DNA of 64,000 nt from Myxococcales bacterium (GTDB lineage Bacteria > Myxococcota_A > Polyangia > Polyangiales > DASUME01), in the NCBI GenBank assembly GCA_047601445.1, contig JASGJH010000001.1, positions 7,648,001 to 7,712,000 on the forward strand. Reading direction: 5' to 3'. The notes below the pieces were generated by a model. It had not been told where the DNA came from. It saw only the letters and a list, made by a program, of their open reading frames with translations, and searched no databases. Position numbers and translations under genes: made by a program. This document shows, piece after piece, positions 31,612 through 41,614 of the stretch. How positions within the stretch are numbered: the first letter of the stretch is position 1; every line of letters begins with the position of its first letter.

Positions 31612-32913
31612 ATGAGTGAGACAGCGCATCAAACGCCGCCGCGTGAGCCCAAGGGTTCGCGTTCGCGCCAACATCGGGTCGGCAGCGTGCTGCCGGCGCT
31701 CAGCGGGCTCGGGCTTTGTCTCTTGGCCCTGCCCAGCGCGGCACGCGCGCAAACCTGGAGTGACGGTCGCACGGCACCGACCCTGCGCGAGATCGTGGCG
31801 GTGGACCCGAGCGGGGAACCGGCCTGGCCCTTCGGCTCGGAAGACGTGGCCGGCGACGCCAACGTGTTCGCGGCCGACGAAGCGTCCACGGACGTGCGTA
31901 CGATGTACGCAGACTCCGATGCGCAGCGCCTCTGGCTGCGCGCCTACGTGGTCTCGCCCCAGACCTCGCCGGCCAACCTGGCCGCCTACTTCTTCATCGA
32001 TACCGACGACAACGACGCCACGGGGGGACCCGCTTCGGGAGGGCCCGGCTGGCCCGCCTTCCGGAGCGATCCGATGGCCGTCGGCTACGAGCGGGCCATC
32101 GCGATGCGCGTCGAGGCCGCACCCATGCTGCCCAGCGTGATCGGCGCCTGGAACTGGAATGGGCAAGCCTGGGTTGATCTCAAGCCCAAGAAGGACGACG
32201 TGCGCGCCGAAACCGGCATCGGGGAAGACCCGCTGCGCGTGGGCCCGCGTACCCATGCGTTCTTGCAGATGGACGCCGTGCACGCCATCACCGGCCTCGA
32301 CGCGAGCTGCGGCGGCAATCTGCTCTTGCGGACCTACTACGAGCAGCCCGGCACCCCGCGCGCTTTCGGTGACGACACCAAGTCGGGCCCGTGTCGGCCC
32401 GCGCTCGATACCAACGGCGATCCCACTGTCATCCACGTGCAATGTACCAACGACGCTCAGTGCCCGAACGATGGCCGCTGCCGTGACGGGGTATGCCTGT
32501 TCGCCTACGCCTGCAATGCCGACGTCGATTGCCAGGCCGGCGAGCGCTGCACCGCCAACGCATGCGTGAAGGTGGTCGATCGCACGTGCACCGACGCCAG
32601 CCAATGTGACGGTCTAGTGTGTGAGAACGGCATGTGCGTGGCATGTGCGGAGTCCGGCGCCCGCGCCTGTGCTTCGGGCTATGCGTGCAGCCCCGACGGA
32701 AGTTGCGTCAACACCGGGCCCATCGACATGAACCCGATGGGCAACGAGGTTTCCGAAGGCGAGGTGCGCGGAGGAGCCTTCAAGTGCAGCGCGCTCCCAG
32801 GTGCCCGAGCGGGCGATCTCGCCTTCGCTTGCCTGAGCGTGCTCGGGTTGGCGGCCATCGCGCGTCGCAGGCGCCACAAGCGTGGTGAAGGCAACGAAGG
32901 GAGGCAGTCATGA
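31612..32913 (+). CDS. Cell-surface protein with Cys-rich repeats and MYXO-CTERM-like tail (TraA-like architecture)
   Basis: Signal peptide (ARA|Q), DOMON-like head, repeats Cx5Cx4-5Cx4C, tail GGAFKCS-hydrophobic-RRRR. Confidence 0.78.
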   Translation: MSETAHQTPPREPKGSRSRQHRVGSVLPALSGLGLCLLALPSAARAQTWSDGRTAPTLREIVAVDPSGEPAWPFGSEDVAGDANVFAADEASTDVRTMYADSDAQRLWLRAYVVSPQTSPANLAAYFFIDTDDNDATGGPASGGPGWPAFRSDPMAVGYERAIAMRVEAAPMLPSVIGAWNWNGQAWVDLKPKKDDVRAETGIGEDPLRVGPRTHAFLQMDAVHAITGLDASCGGNLLLRTYYEQPGTPRAFGDDTKSGPCRPALDTNGDPTVIHVQCTNDAQCPNDGRCRDGVCLFAYACNADVDCQAGERCTANACVKVVDRTCTDASQCDGLVCENGMCVACAESGARACASGYACSPDGSCVNTGPIDMNPMGNEVSEGEVRGGAFKCSALPGARAGDLAFACLSVLGLAAIARRRRHKRGEGNEGRQS

Positions 32914-34502
32914 AGCTGCGCTCCATGCTCCAGCGGACCTCTCTGTGGCTGCTCACGCTCGCACTCGTTTCGTTCGGCTCCGCGGCGTTGGCCGAGGACA
33001 TCGCGACCCAGCGCTTCTTGCCCCACGTCACCACGGGCGGCTACTTCCAGACGGAAGGCACCGAAGTGCGCCACCCGGTCGACCCGTTCAGCCTGGGATT
33101 GTGGCTGAACTACGGGGGCAACCCGTTGATCTCGGTCGCGGATGGCGATGTGGTGCGAAAGCAGGTGGCCCACGCGCTCGCCTTCGATCTCACGGCCTCC
33201 TACGCGTTCGCGCACTGGTTCGAACTCGGCTTGCACGTGCCCGTGGCCTATCTGAAGGGCGACGACGTCAACACGGGCGCCCTCGGCGATATCCGCGTGC
33301 TGCCCAAGTTCCGCTTCCTCGACGGCAACAAGCACGCCGTGGGCCTGGCCTTGTTGGCCGACGTTCGTCTGCCCTCGCACACCAACGAGTTCTACGGTGG
33401 AGCACGCCTGCCCGGCTTCGCGCCGCGCCTGTTGTTGGATCACCAGTTCGGGCTCAGCGGCTTCCGCTTGGGCTTGGACGTGGGCGTGTTGATCCAGAAG
33501 GCCACCGACTACCAGAACATCGATGCGGGCGCCGAGCTGCAGGCCGGCCTCGGTATGGGCTACCGCTTCAACCGCGGCCAAGCGCCGGTGGAGTTGATGT
33601 TCGACTTGCGCAGTTTCGTGGGCTTGCAGGAGACCAATGCCGAAGAGGTGGGCCTCGAAGGCCTGCTCGGTGCGGGCATCGACGTAGCGCGCGACTGGAA
33701 GATCAAGGCGGGCGGCGGCCTCGGCCTGCTCGAAGGCTTCGGCATCCCGACCGCGCGTGGCTTCGTGGGCGTGCGCTGGGAGCCTTCACCCAACGATCCC
33801 GATCACGACGGCGTGCGTAGTCCCGAGCCCAGCGAGCGCGATCAGGCTTACGTGGTAAAGGACGAACCTCCGGCGGCAGGGGACGAAGCGGCGGCCGAAG
33901 CCGAGCCCGCCAGCGTGGACGACGTGGACGATGCCGAACGCGCTGCGGCCATCAAGGGTGGCTACGACGCGTGTCCCGACCTGCCCGAGGACCTCGATGG
34001 CGTGGAGGACGAAGACGGTTGTCCCGAGGGCGACACCGACAAGGACGGCGTGCTCGACTACCTCAATCGCTGCCCCGACGAACAGGAGACCATCAACGGT
34101 TTCCAGGACGACGACGGCTGCGAAGACGAGGGCCCGGCGCAAATCGTGATCGAGGAGGGACGCCTGACCATCCTCGAGACCATCCGCTTCGAACCCAACT
34201 CCTCCAAGCTCGACCGACGCTCCGACAAGATCTTGGAGCAGATCGCGCTCACCTTGCGCAAGCACGATGAGATCGACCGGCTCGAGATCGGAGGTCACAC
34301 CGACAGCACGGGTCCGCGTGGTCTCAACATGCGCCTCTCGCGCGAGCGCGCGCGCTCGGTGCGTCAGTGGTTGCTCGGGCGCGGCATCAAGCCAGAGCGC
34401 CTGAGCGCGCGCGGCTACGGCCCCGACAAGCCCATCGCAGACAACAACACCGACTCGGGTAGGACCCAGAACCGCCGCGTGGAGTTCCTGCTGGTGAGGT
34501 AG
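32910..34502 (+). CDS. OmpA-family protein: beta-barrel + thrombospondin type 3 repeats + OmpA domain (TraB-like)
   Basis: ATGA overlap with the upstream gene; DACPDLPEDLDGVEDEDGCP repeats; GHTD...LSRERA..V..L...GYG...NRRVEF. Confidence 0.88.
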   Translation: MKLRSMLQRTSLWLLTLALVSFGSAALAEDIATQRFLPHVTTGGYFQTEGTEVRHPVDPFSLGLWLNYGGNPLISVADGDVVRKQVAHALAFDLTASYAFAHWFELGLHVPVAYLKGDDVNTGALGDIRVLPKFRFLDGNKHAVGLALLADVRLPSHTNEFYGGARLPGFAPRLLLDHQFGLSGFRLGLDVGVLIQKATDYQNIDAGAELQAGLGMGYRFNRGQAPVELMFDLRSFVGLQETNAEEVGLEGLLGAGIDVARDWKIKAGGGLGLLEGFGIPTARGFVGVRWEPSPNDPDHDGVRSPEPSERDQAYVVKDEPPAAGDEAAAEAEPASVDDVDDAERAAAIKGGYDACPDLPEDLDGVEDEDGCPEGDTDKDGVLDYLNRCPDEQETINGFQDDDGCEDEGPAQIVIEEGRLTILETIRFEPNSSKLDRRSDKILEQIALTLRKHDEIDRLEIGGHTDSTGPRGLNMRLSRERARSVRQWLLGRGIKPERLSARGYGPDKPIADNNTDSGRTQNRRVEFLLVR

Positions 34503-34514
34503 GGACGTCATCAC

Positions 34515-34595
34515 GGGGGAGGTCACGCGACCTCCCCGCCCGTCGCGGCCAAGCCGCGTCGGGACCCGCCCGCCCCAGCGATTCGCCTTGCTCAC
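34515..34595 (-). repeat. Structured dispersed repeat family A, copy 1
   Basis: Gap-free 81-nt alignment to 62788-62868 (62/81 identical by manual count); hairpins GGGGAGGTC-ACGC-GACCTCCCC and CGCGGC-CAA-GCCGCG. Confidence 0.8.
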
Positions 34596-34645
34596 GCGGT
34601 TCCTCGAACCTGGCGCCGGTCTCCCCTTCGTGGTCTCCTCCCGTC

Positions 34646-35779
34646 ATGGCTGCACGCAAGAAGACGGGGGGCACCGCGGGGGACAAGGCGCCGGCTCCGG
34701 CTCCCGAAGGCTTCACACTCCAGGCGCCCATCGAGCCCATGTTGGCCAAGCTCAGCGAAGAGCTGCCGCAGGCGGAGGGGTTCGCCTTCGAGCCCAAGTG
34801 GGATGGCTTCCGGGCCATCGTGTTCCGCAAGGGCAGCCTGCTCTACATCCAGAGCCGCGATCTCAGGCCCCTCGATCGCTACTTTCCGGAGCTCCACGAC
34901 GTGTTGCTGGAGCGTCTGCCTGAAGACTGCGTGGTGGACGGCGAGATCGTGATCGCCACCGAGCACGGGCTCAGCTTCGACCTGCTGCAGATGCGCCTGC
35001 ATCCGGCGGCCTCGCGCGTGGCCAAGCTCGCTCAGCAAACGCCATCGTCGTTCGTGGCCTTCGACCTGCTCGCGCTGAATGGGGAAGACCTGCGCGCCCG
35101 GCCCTACCGTGAGCGACGCGAGCGACTCGAGACCGCGCTCGGCGGCGTGCAACCTCCGGTCTACGTGACCCCTATCACGCGGGATCGGGCCCTGGCGGTG
35201 GAATGGTTGGCCCGCTTCGAGGGCGCGGGCCTCGACGGTGTGATCGCCAAGCCCGAGAAGGGCGCCTACGAGCCAGGCAAACGCTCCATGCTCAAGATCA
35301 AGCACGCGCGCACGGCCGAGTGCGTGGTGGCGGGCTTTCGCTGGCACAAGAACGGCAAGAACGAGCTCGTGGGTTCACTTTTGCTGGGGCTCTACGACGG
35401 GGAGGGCACCTTGCATCACGTGGGCATCACCTCGTCGTTCACCAACGCCAAGCGCGCCGAGTTGGCGAAAGAGTTCGAGCCCTTTCGCGAGAACGCCCTC
35501 GAGCACCACCCGTGGCGCGCGTGGGCCGAGCACAGTGAGAGCACGCGCATGCCCGGCGGTCAGAGCCGCTGGAGCCAGGGCAAGGACCTCTCCTGGGAAC
35601 CCTTGCGCATCGAGCGCGTATGCGAAGTGAAGTACGACCACCTGCAGGGCGACCGGTTCCGTCACGCCACCACGTTCCTGCGCTGGCGCCCCGACAAGAA
35701 GCCTGAGGATTGCCGCTACGATCAGCTCGAGACGACGCCGCCGTACGAGCTAGCGAAGGTGTTCTCGCACAACAGTTGA
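34646..35779 (+). CDS. ligC: ATP-dependent DNA ligase, LigC type
   Basis: PMLAK, EPKWDGFR, DGEIV, AFDLL, DGVIAK, KIKH, GSLLLGLY, RFRH...RWRPDK; minimal size. Confidence 0.88.
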   Translation: MAARKKTGGTAGDKAPAPAPEGFTLQAPIEPMLAKLSEELPQAEGFAFEPKWDGFRAIVFRKGSLLYIQSRDLRPLDRYFPELHDVLLERLPEDCVVDGEIVIATEHGLSFDLLQMRLHPAASRVAKLAQQTPSSFVAFDLLALNGEDLRARPYRERRERLETALGGVQPPVYVTPITRDRALAVEWLARFEGAGLDGVIAKPEKGAYEPGKRSMLKIKHARTAECVVAGFRWHKNGKNELVGSLLLGLYDGEGTLHHVGITSSFTNAKRAELAKEFEPFRENALEHHPWRAWAEHSESTRMPGGQSRWSQGKDLSWEPLRIERVCEVKYDHLQGDRFRHATTFLRWRPDKKPEDCRYDQLETTPPYELAKVFSHNS

Positions 35780-36062
35780 AGTCACTGGGCCAGGCTGTGG
35801 CCCACGTTCTGTCCTCTAACCGCTCGGATGGGGACAACTCGCGAGTCGTCGAGCGTAACGACAGCTAACTAGTCGGCAAGGAAAGATTGCTTGTTGTCGC
35901 ACGGCTCATCTGCGCAAGCTGGCGACACTTATCGAGCGTTCGCGGTCCTTCCCGCTGCTCCGTTGGCACCCTGGCGACAAGGGCTGGCGGAGCGGCGAGA
36001 GCGCACCGCTGCGTAGTGACTGCCCGGTCCAGGGACCGGCTTGGCTTGGAAAGAGCTGCCTC

Positions 36063-37286
36063 ATGCCTCGCGCATTCGGTCGACGACGACTACCCGTCAA
36101 TATCCCACTGCAATGCCGCAGAGGGCCCGAACCAGCGACAGGGTCGACGCTGGCGCGGTGCGCCGTGCTCGGTCTGCTCATCGCTTGTGGCTCCGACGCC
36201 ACCGGTCCCGGCTCGCACGGGCTGTTCGATGGAGGCAGCACGGAGGACACGACGGTTGGCGACGCTCCCAACGACACAGACCCTGCCGACGCCAGCCATC
36301 GCAGCGACGCAGACGCTGATCCTCCAGTCGAGGGTGGGACCGAGCCCACGAGGGATGCGAGCGCCGAGCGCTGTGAGCCGATGGACGCCGGCGCCAGCGA
36401 CACCGCGGAGTGCCCCGATATCGTCGACGCATTCCCCACCACGGGCGTATGCGCCAATGGCTGGACGTTTCGCGTGCGTATGGCCGGCCCAGAGACCGGC
36501 GAACCCGTCGTCCTCCTGCACGGCTTTCCCGAGAGCTCCTACGAGTGGAGTGCCCAGCTCCGGTCGCTGTCGACGGCGGGCTATCGCGTGATCGCTCCCG
36601 ACCAGCGCGGTTACTCCCCCGGCGCGCGTCCAATGGCGCCAGAGGCGTACAAGCTGCAAGAGCTGGTCGCCGATGTACTTGCCATCGCCGACGCGGTGGG
36701 GGCGCGCCGATTTCACCTGGTCGGGCACGACTGGGGAGGTGCCGTCGGTTGGTACCTCGCGCAGATCGCGCCCGAGCGAGTGATCTCTCTGACCTCCGTG
36801 TCCACGCCGAACAGCGGTGCGTTCCAGGCCAAGCTCGCAGACGAGAAGTCTTGCCAGTACGCTGCGTCGTCTTACTTCGAAATGTTCACCGACCCTAACT
36901 TCCCGAGCGCGCTGCTCGCCCTGAACGGCGCCGGCCTGAGCTTCCTGTTCAGCGAGCTCCCCGCGGACTCCCGGTGTGTCTACTTCCACAACATGAATGA
37001 CGAGGCGGCCCTCAAAGCGGCGCTCAACTGGTACGTCGCCAACGTCGCGGGCCGGCGCATCGTCGGCGAGGTGGGCCGGATCACCGTGCCTACGCTGCTG
37101 ATGTGGGGCGATCAGGATCCCTATTTTTGCCGGGACACCGTCGAGCTCAGCGGAGACTACGTCGATGCTCCCTACCGACTGGAAATCATCGCGGGCGGAG
37201 GCCACTGGTTGCCTGAAGGGAGCTCCGATCGCGTGAGCTTGCTGCTCCTTGAGCATCTGGCGGCGAACCGCACCCAACGACAGTAA
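36063..37286 (+). CDS. Alpha/beta hydrolase (epoxide hydrolase-like), probable lipoprotein
   Basis: LLIAC lipobox, LLHGFPE, DQRGY, GHDWGG, GHW. Start uncertain. Confidence 0.85.
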   Translation: MPRAFGRRRLPVNIPLQCRRGPEPATGSTLARCAVLGLLIACGSDATGPGSHGLFDGGSTEDTTVGDAPNDTDPADASHRSDADADPPVEGGTEPTRDASAERCEPMDAGASDTAECPDIVDAFPTTGVCANGWTFRVRMAGPETGEPVVLLHGFPESSYEWSAQLRSLSTAGYRVIAPDQRGYSPGARPMAPEAYKLQELVADVLAIADAVGARRFHLVGHDWGGAVGWYLAQIAPERVISLTSVSTPNSGAFQAKLADEKSCQYAASSYFEMFTDPNFPSALLALNGAGLSFLFSELPADSRCVYFHNMNDEAALKAALNWYVANVAGRRIVGEVGRITVPTLLMWGDQDPYFCRDTVELSGDYVDAPYRLEIIAGGGHWLPEGSSDRVSLLLLEHLAANRTQRQ

Positions 37287-37431
37287 GGAAACAGGTTCGT
37301 AGCTCGGCGCTGTTTTGCACTCAGCGAGATGATGGCTTTGTCCATCGTGGGCTCAAGTGAGGAGGCTGGTTTCTGCTCGACGCCCTAGCGTTTCGTGCAC
37401 GACGACGCCGAGCCCCGTCCAATTCTCTCTT

Positions 37432-38622
37432 TCAACAAGCCTCCACTGCCTCTCCCGATTGCAACGTGCACATGCCTCCCACCGGATCCCCCGCGCTGCG
37501 GATGACCTCCTCCGCCGTCGGCTCGAGATACGTACCCGTGAGCTCCATGTCGACCATGCGCACGATGGCCTGATCCAACCGGGTCACGAAGTAGCAGGGG
37601 ATGCTCGGCTCCTTGTGCGGGCCGCCCACGCCCGAGTCGTCCGTGAGGAACAGGTAGCGTCCACCCGTGAGTTGGGCGGCGCCGCGCATGCTCAGCTCGA
37701 GCAAGTCGTCCGTGCCGCTCGCCGAGACTGGATACAGGTGAATGCCCTTGCGGCGCGCGCCGCGGATCGCTTCGAGCATGTCGGTGGCCTTGTTCGTGTG
37801 ATGCGGAGCATCGGCGACCCAAAACGCGAGCTTCGCCGTGTCGTTGCCAGTGCGCCATGACAATTGGTTCATGGCCGCAAGGGCGGCATCGGGCGCCTCG
37901 GGCGTATCGCCACCGCCTCCGGCCGATTGCTTGCTCAGGGCATTGCGTGTCTGTTCGGCGCCATCGGCGAAGTCCACCGTGCGCACGACGTAGGCATCGC
38001 CCGTGTCGCGGTAGGCGATCATGGACCAGCGCTGCGCGGCGTTGGGGAAGCGCTCGGCCAAGGTCTTGGAGATGGAGCTGAGCTCCGTCTCCAGGTAGTC
38101 GAGCTCGTCGGCCATGCTGCCGGTGGTGTCGATTACCAGAGCCACATCGAGGCTGACCTTGGCGGGACGTACGCCTCCGAACTCTTGCTGGGCCGCTTGC
38201 TGCTCCTCGGCCGTGAACTGGATCGCGCCCGAAAATTGATTGCTTATCAGGGGGGACTGATAGGCCTTGAAGCGCTCGAAGTTGCGGTTGTCGTCCCAGG
38301 CGCCCGCCGTGAGCGTGCCGGCCTGTGGCTCCGGCTGGGCAGCGCCGCCTGCGGCAGGGTCGAGCGGATCCGCAGCGCTGTCGCCGTCGCCGCTATCGAT
38401 GTCCCCACTCGCCTCCGAGGAGTCGTCCCCGCCCTCTTCGCCGCCTCCATACTCGGACCCGTATCCCGAGCGCCCGCTGGTATCGCCAGAAGATGTCGCC
38501 GGGAAATCACCCTTTGAATCATCCGCGCAGCCCGCGAGTCCACCCAGACACAGCGCCACGCTGATCGCGGCGATGGACCGAGAGCCGCGTAACCTGGCCG
38601 ACCGAAGTTCAAGCTCGAGCAT
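37432..38622 (-). CDS. vWA-domain lipoprotein
   Basis: Lipobox LAGC, acidic linker, MIDAS-like IDTTGSM, GGGDTPE, VADAPHH. Confidence 0.85.
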   Translation of the reverse strand: MLELELRSARLRGSRSIAAISVALCLGGLAGCADDSKGDFPATSSGDTSGRSGYGSEYGGGEEGGDDSSEASGDIDSGDGDSAADPLDPAAGGAAQPEPQAGTLTAGAWDDNRNFERFKAYQSPLISNQFSGAIQFTAEEQQAAQQEFGGVRPAKVSLDVALVIDTTGSMADELDYLETELSSISKTLAERFPNAAQRWSMIAYRDTGDAYVVRTVDFADGAEQTRNALSKQSAGGGGDTPEAPDAALAAMNQLSWRTGNDTAKLAFWVADAPHHTNKATDMLEAIRGARRKGIHLYPVSASGTDDLLELSMRGAAQLTGGRYLFLTDDSGVGGPHKEPSIPCYFVTRLDQAIVRMVDMELTGTYLEPTAEEVIRSAGDPVGGMCTLQSGEAVEAC

Positions 38623-38774
38623 GGATCCCTCCTAAGCGGCGCGCCGGGAGTGGAGCGCGCCGGGACCGCAACGAGCAACTTGCGAGCCAAGCCTCGAGAC
38701 CCTGAATTCACGATGTTTTGGCGTATCACCCTGGGTCGAACTGTGTCAGACGGATCCGGGTGACGGTCGGGGCT

Positions 38775-40052
38775 TCAGTTCCAACCCGGCGTCTCGTCCG
38801 GATCCAAGGCTTCTTGAGCTGGCCGAATCGCCTCGGGCACGTGCTGCAGGTTGATGCGAATCCGGGTCCACGTGGTGTGACGCCCGCGCATCGAGTCCAC
38901 CAGCACGTCCGCCTCCTGCAGGTGCTGCGCCGCCTCCGGGTGTCGCTCCTTCCAGCGCGCCAGCCCCGCCAGGGCCGCGTCCTTCTTGGGGGAGCGTGCG
39001 ATTTCGATCAGCGGATGCTTGGGCGTTCGCCGGCCGGACGATGGGCTCTTCTTGGCGCGCGACGGCGCCACACGCGTGGGTTCGTCGGCTTGCTTGCGGT
39101 AGTGGGGCGGCCACGGGGCGTCGCCTTGGCCTGCCTTCTCCTGTTGCTCCGATAGCTCGAGGAGCTTGTCGATGGAGAAGGCGCGTGCGTCGATGTCTTG
39201 GTGACGATCTCCGAGCTCGGCGAATCGCTTGGGCATCGTGAGCATGGTGAAGTCTTCAGGCTGACAGTCCGCGAGCTCTTGCCAGTTCAAGGGAGCGGAC
39301 ACGCGCGCATCCGCGGTGGGGCGCACCGAGTAGGCGCTGCAGACGGTGCGATCCTTGGCGTTCTGGTTGTAGTCGATGAACACGCCATGACGCTCCTCCT
39401 TCCACCACTTGCTGGTGGCCAAGGTAGGGGCGCGCCGCTCCACCTCGCGCGCCAGGGCCAAGGCTGCGCGGCGTACCTTGTCGAAGCCATGACGCGGCTC
39501 GATGCGCACCTGGATGTGGATGCCGCGTGAACCCGAGGTCTTGGGCCAACCCACCATGCCGAGGTCGGACAACGTCTCGTGCACCACCATGGCCACCTGG
39601 CGGATCTGCGGCCAGGTCACGCCCGGCACCGGGTCGAGGTCCACGCGCAGTTCATCTGGATGTGCGAGGTCCTCGGCGCGCACCGGGTGCGGGTGCAGCT
39701 CGAGGCACGCCAGGTTGGCCATCCAGATCAGCGCGGCGGCATTGCGGGGCACTACCTCTTCGGCGCTGCGGCCAGAGGGGAAACGCAAGCTGATCACGTC
39801 GACGAAGTCGGGGCGGGAGCTGGGTGCGCGCTTCTGGTAGAAGAACTCGGCGCCCACGCCGTCCGGGTAGCGCACCAGCACGTTGGGACGGCCGCCCGCG
39901 TGACGCAGCGCGCCCTCGGCCACCGAGAGATAGTAGAGAGCCAGGTGGCGCTTGCTGAGGCCGAGCTCGGGGAACAGCACCTTTTGAGGGTTCGTGATGG
40001 CCACGTCGTGGCCTGCCACGCGGATGATTTCGCGCTCTGCCTGCTTGGCCAC
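38775..40052 (-). CDS. Stand-alone LigD-type primase-polymerase (Prim-PolC-like) with C-terminal extension
   Basis: ITNPQKVLFP, RYPDG, FFYQK, LRVDLDP, KTSGSRGIH, FIDYNQN, AYSVRP; GTG at 40052 after a GGAGAG RBS. Confidence 0.88.
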   Translation of the reverse strand: MAKQAEREIIRVAGHDVAITNPQKVLFPELGLSKRHLALYYLSVAEGALRHAGGRPNVLVRYPDGVGAEFFYQKRAPSSRPDFVDVISLRFPSGRSAEEVVPRNAAALIWMANLACLELHPHPVRAEDLAHPDELRVDLDPVPGVTWPQIRQVAMVVHETLSDLGMVGWPKTSGSRGIHIQVRIEPRHGFDKVRRAALALAREVERRAPTLATSKWWKEERHGVFIDYNQNAKDRTVCSAYSVRPTADARVSAPLNWQELADCQPEDFTMLTMPKRFAELGDRHQDIDARAFSIDKLLELSEQQEKAGQGDAPWPPHYRKQADEPTRVAPSRAKKSPSSGRRTPKHPLIEIARSPKKDAALAGLARWKERHPEAAQHLQEADVLVDSMRGRHTTWTRIRINLQHVPEAIRPAQEALDPDETPGWN

Positions 40053-40163
40053 TTGAGCTCTCCCTGCGCACCCCGCGGGTGCTTCCTTCGACGTTATGCC
40101 ACGCCCCGGGAGAGGACAAAGTTCTGCAACTGGAGCCGATTGTGTGGCAGGTTGGCCTCGAGC

Positions 40164-41237
40164 ATGGAGCGCCAACGCAAGCTGTGTGATCTGCTGGGCA
40201 TCGAGCTGCCCATCGTGCAAGCGCCCATGGCGGGAGCCCAGGATCCCCAGTTGGCTGTGGCGGTGGCGAGCGCAGGCGGACTCGCATCGTTGCCCTGCGC
40301 GATGCTGAGCCCGGAGCAAATTCGCACCCAGGTCCGCGCCTTCCGTGCGTGCGCCGAGCGTTCGCTCAATCTCAACTTCTTTTGTCACTCCGCGCCCAGC
40401 CCAGACCCGGCGCGTGACCAGGCTTGGCGCACCCGGCTCGCGCCCTACTACGCCGAGCTCCACGCCCCCGAGGCCACGCTGCCCGCGCCGCTGCGGGCGC
40501 CCTTCGACGCGACGCTCTGCGAGGTCGTGGAGGAGCTGAGACCGAGCGCGGTGAGCTTTCACTTCGGTCTTCCTTCGCCGGCGCTGCTCGAGCGCGTCCG
40601 GGCCACGGGTGCGGTCGTCTTGAGCTCGGCCACCACCGTTGCCGAGGCGCGCGCGCTCGAGGACCAAGGCTGCGACGTGATCATCGCCCAGGGGGCCGAA
40701 GCTGGCGGTCATCGCGGCATGTTCTTGACGGACCGCGTGGCTTCGCAGGTAGGCACGCTGGCCCTGGTGCCCCAGGTGGTCGACGCCGTGAAGGTGCCCG
40801 TGCTGGCGGCAGGTGGCATCGCCGATGCCCGCGGTGTGTTGGCGGCCATCGCGCTGGGTGCGTCTGGTGTCCAGGTGGGCACTGCGTATCTCAAGTGCCG
40901 GGAGAGCACCGTCAGCGCGCTCCACCGAGCCGCCCTGGCGGCTGCGCAAGACGACTCCACCCAGCTCACCAACGTGTTCACGGGGCGACCGGCCCGCTCG
41001 CTGGTGAACAGGTTGGTGCGCGAGGTCGGTCCGCTGAGCGCGGATGCGCCGGAGTTTCCCGGGGCGGCGTCAGCACTCGCGCCGTTGCGTGCGCTCGCGG
41101 AAGCGCAAGGAGCGAGTGATTTCTCACCGCTTTGGTCGGGCCAAGCGGCGGCGCTCGCTCGCGCCGAGAGCGCCTCGGAGCTCACGCGAGCCCTGTGGAG
41201 CGATGCTCTGGACCTGCTCGGTAAGCTGAAAAGCTGA
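40164..41237 (+). CDS. Nitronate monooxygenase family flavoprotein
   Basis: PIVQAPMAG, AQGAEAGGHRG, AAGGIAD, QVGTAYL, FTGRPAR, LWSGQ. Confidence 0.92.
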   Translation: MERQRKLCDLLGIELPIVQAPMAGAQDPQLAVAVASAGGLASLPCAMLSPEQIRTQVRAFRACAERSLNLNFFCHSAPSPDPARDQAWRTRLAPYYAELHAPEATLPAPLRAPFDATLCEVVEELRPSAVSFHFGLPSPALLERVRATGAVVLSSATTVAEARALEDQGCDVIIAQGAEAGGHRGMFLTDRVASQVGTLALVPQVVDAVKVPVLAAGGIADARGVLAAIALGASGVQVGTAYLKCRESTVSALHRAALAAAQDDSTQLTNVFTGRPARSLVNRLVREVGPLSADAPEFPGAASALAPLRALAEAQGASDFSPLWSGQAAALARAESASELTRALWSDALDLLGKLKS

Positions 41238-41274
41238 GCAAAAACCTGAGGTGCTGTCCCTGGTTCCCGCGTCT

Positions 41275-41502
41275 CTAGGGCTTGGGCGGGATCTCGGTCC
41301 AGTGCCGGCGGTCGCCTACCCAGAGCTCCGGTTCGCCGGCCTCGCTCTCGCGGGTGACCACGAAGCGCCCCTCCGCGTCCGGGCCGCCGTTCATGACCAC
41401 GCCCGCTTGCGGGTCCACCGTCATGTGGGGTGCGTCCGGGTGAGCATCGCGCTCGAGCCAGGTCCATGCTTTCGGGCGGAAGTTGCGGTCGCGCGTGGTC
41501 AT
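41275..41502 (-). CDS. Small hypothetical protein (about 75 aa)
   Basis: ATG 41502 avoids overlap with the divergent gene and fills the gap; plausible composition. Confidence 0.45.
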   Translation of the reverse strand: MTTRDRNFRPKAWTWLERDAHPDAPHMTVDPQAGVVMNGGPDAEGRFVVTRESEAGEPELWVGDRRHWTEIPPKP

Positions 41503-41614
41503 GTACACGGATGGTACAAAAGCCAACGTGGGGCTGATCGGGCTTCGCACCGAAGCGTGATCAACTTCACCGTTCAGCGGGAACAACGAGCTTTGGTGTA
41601 CACTGCCCGTCGTA

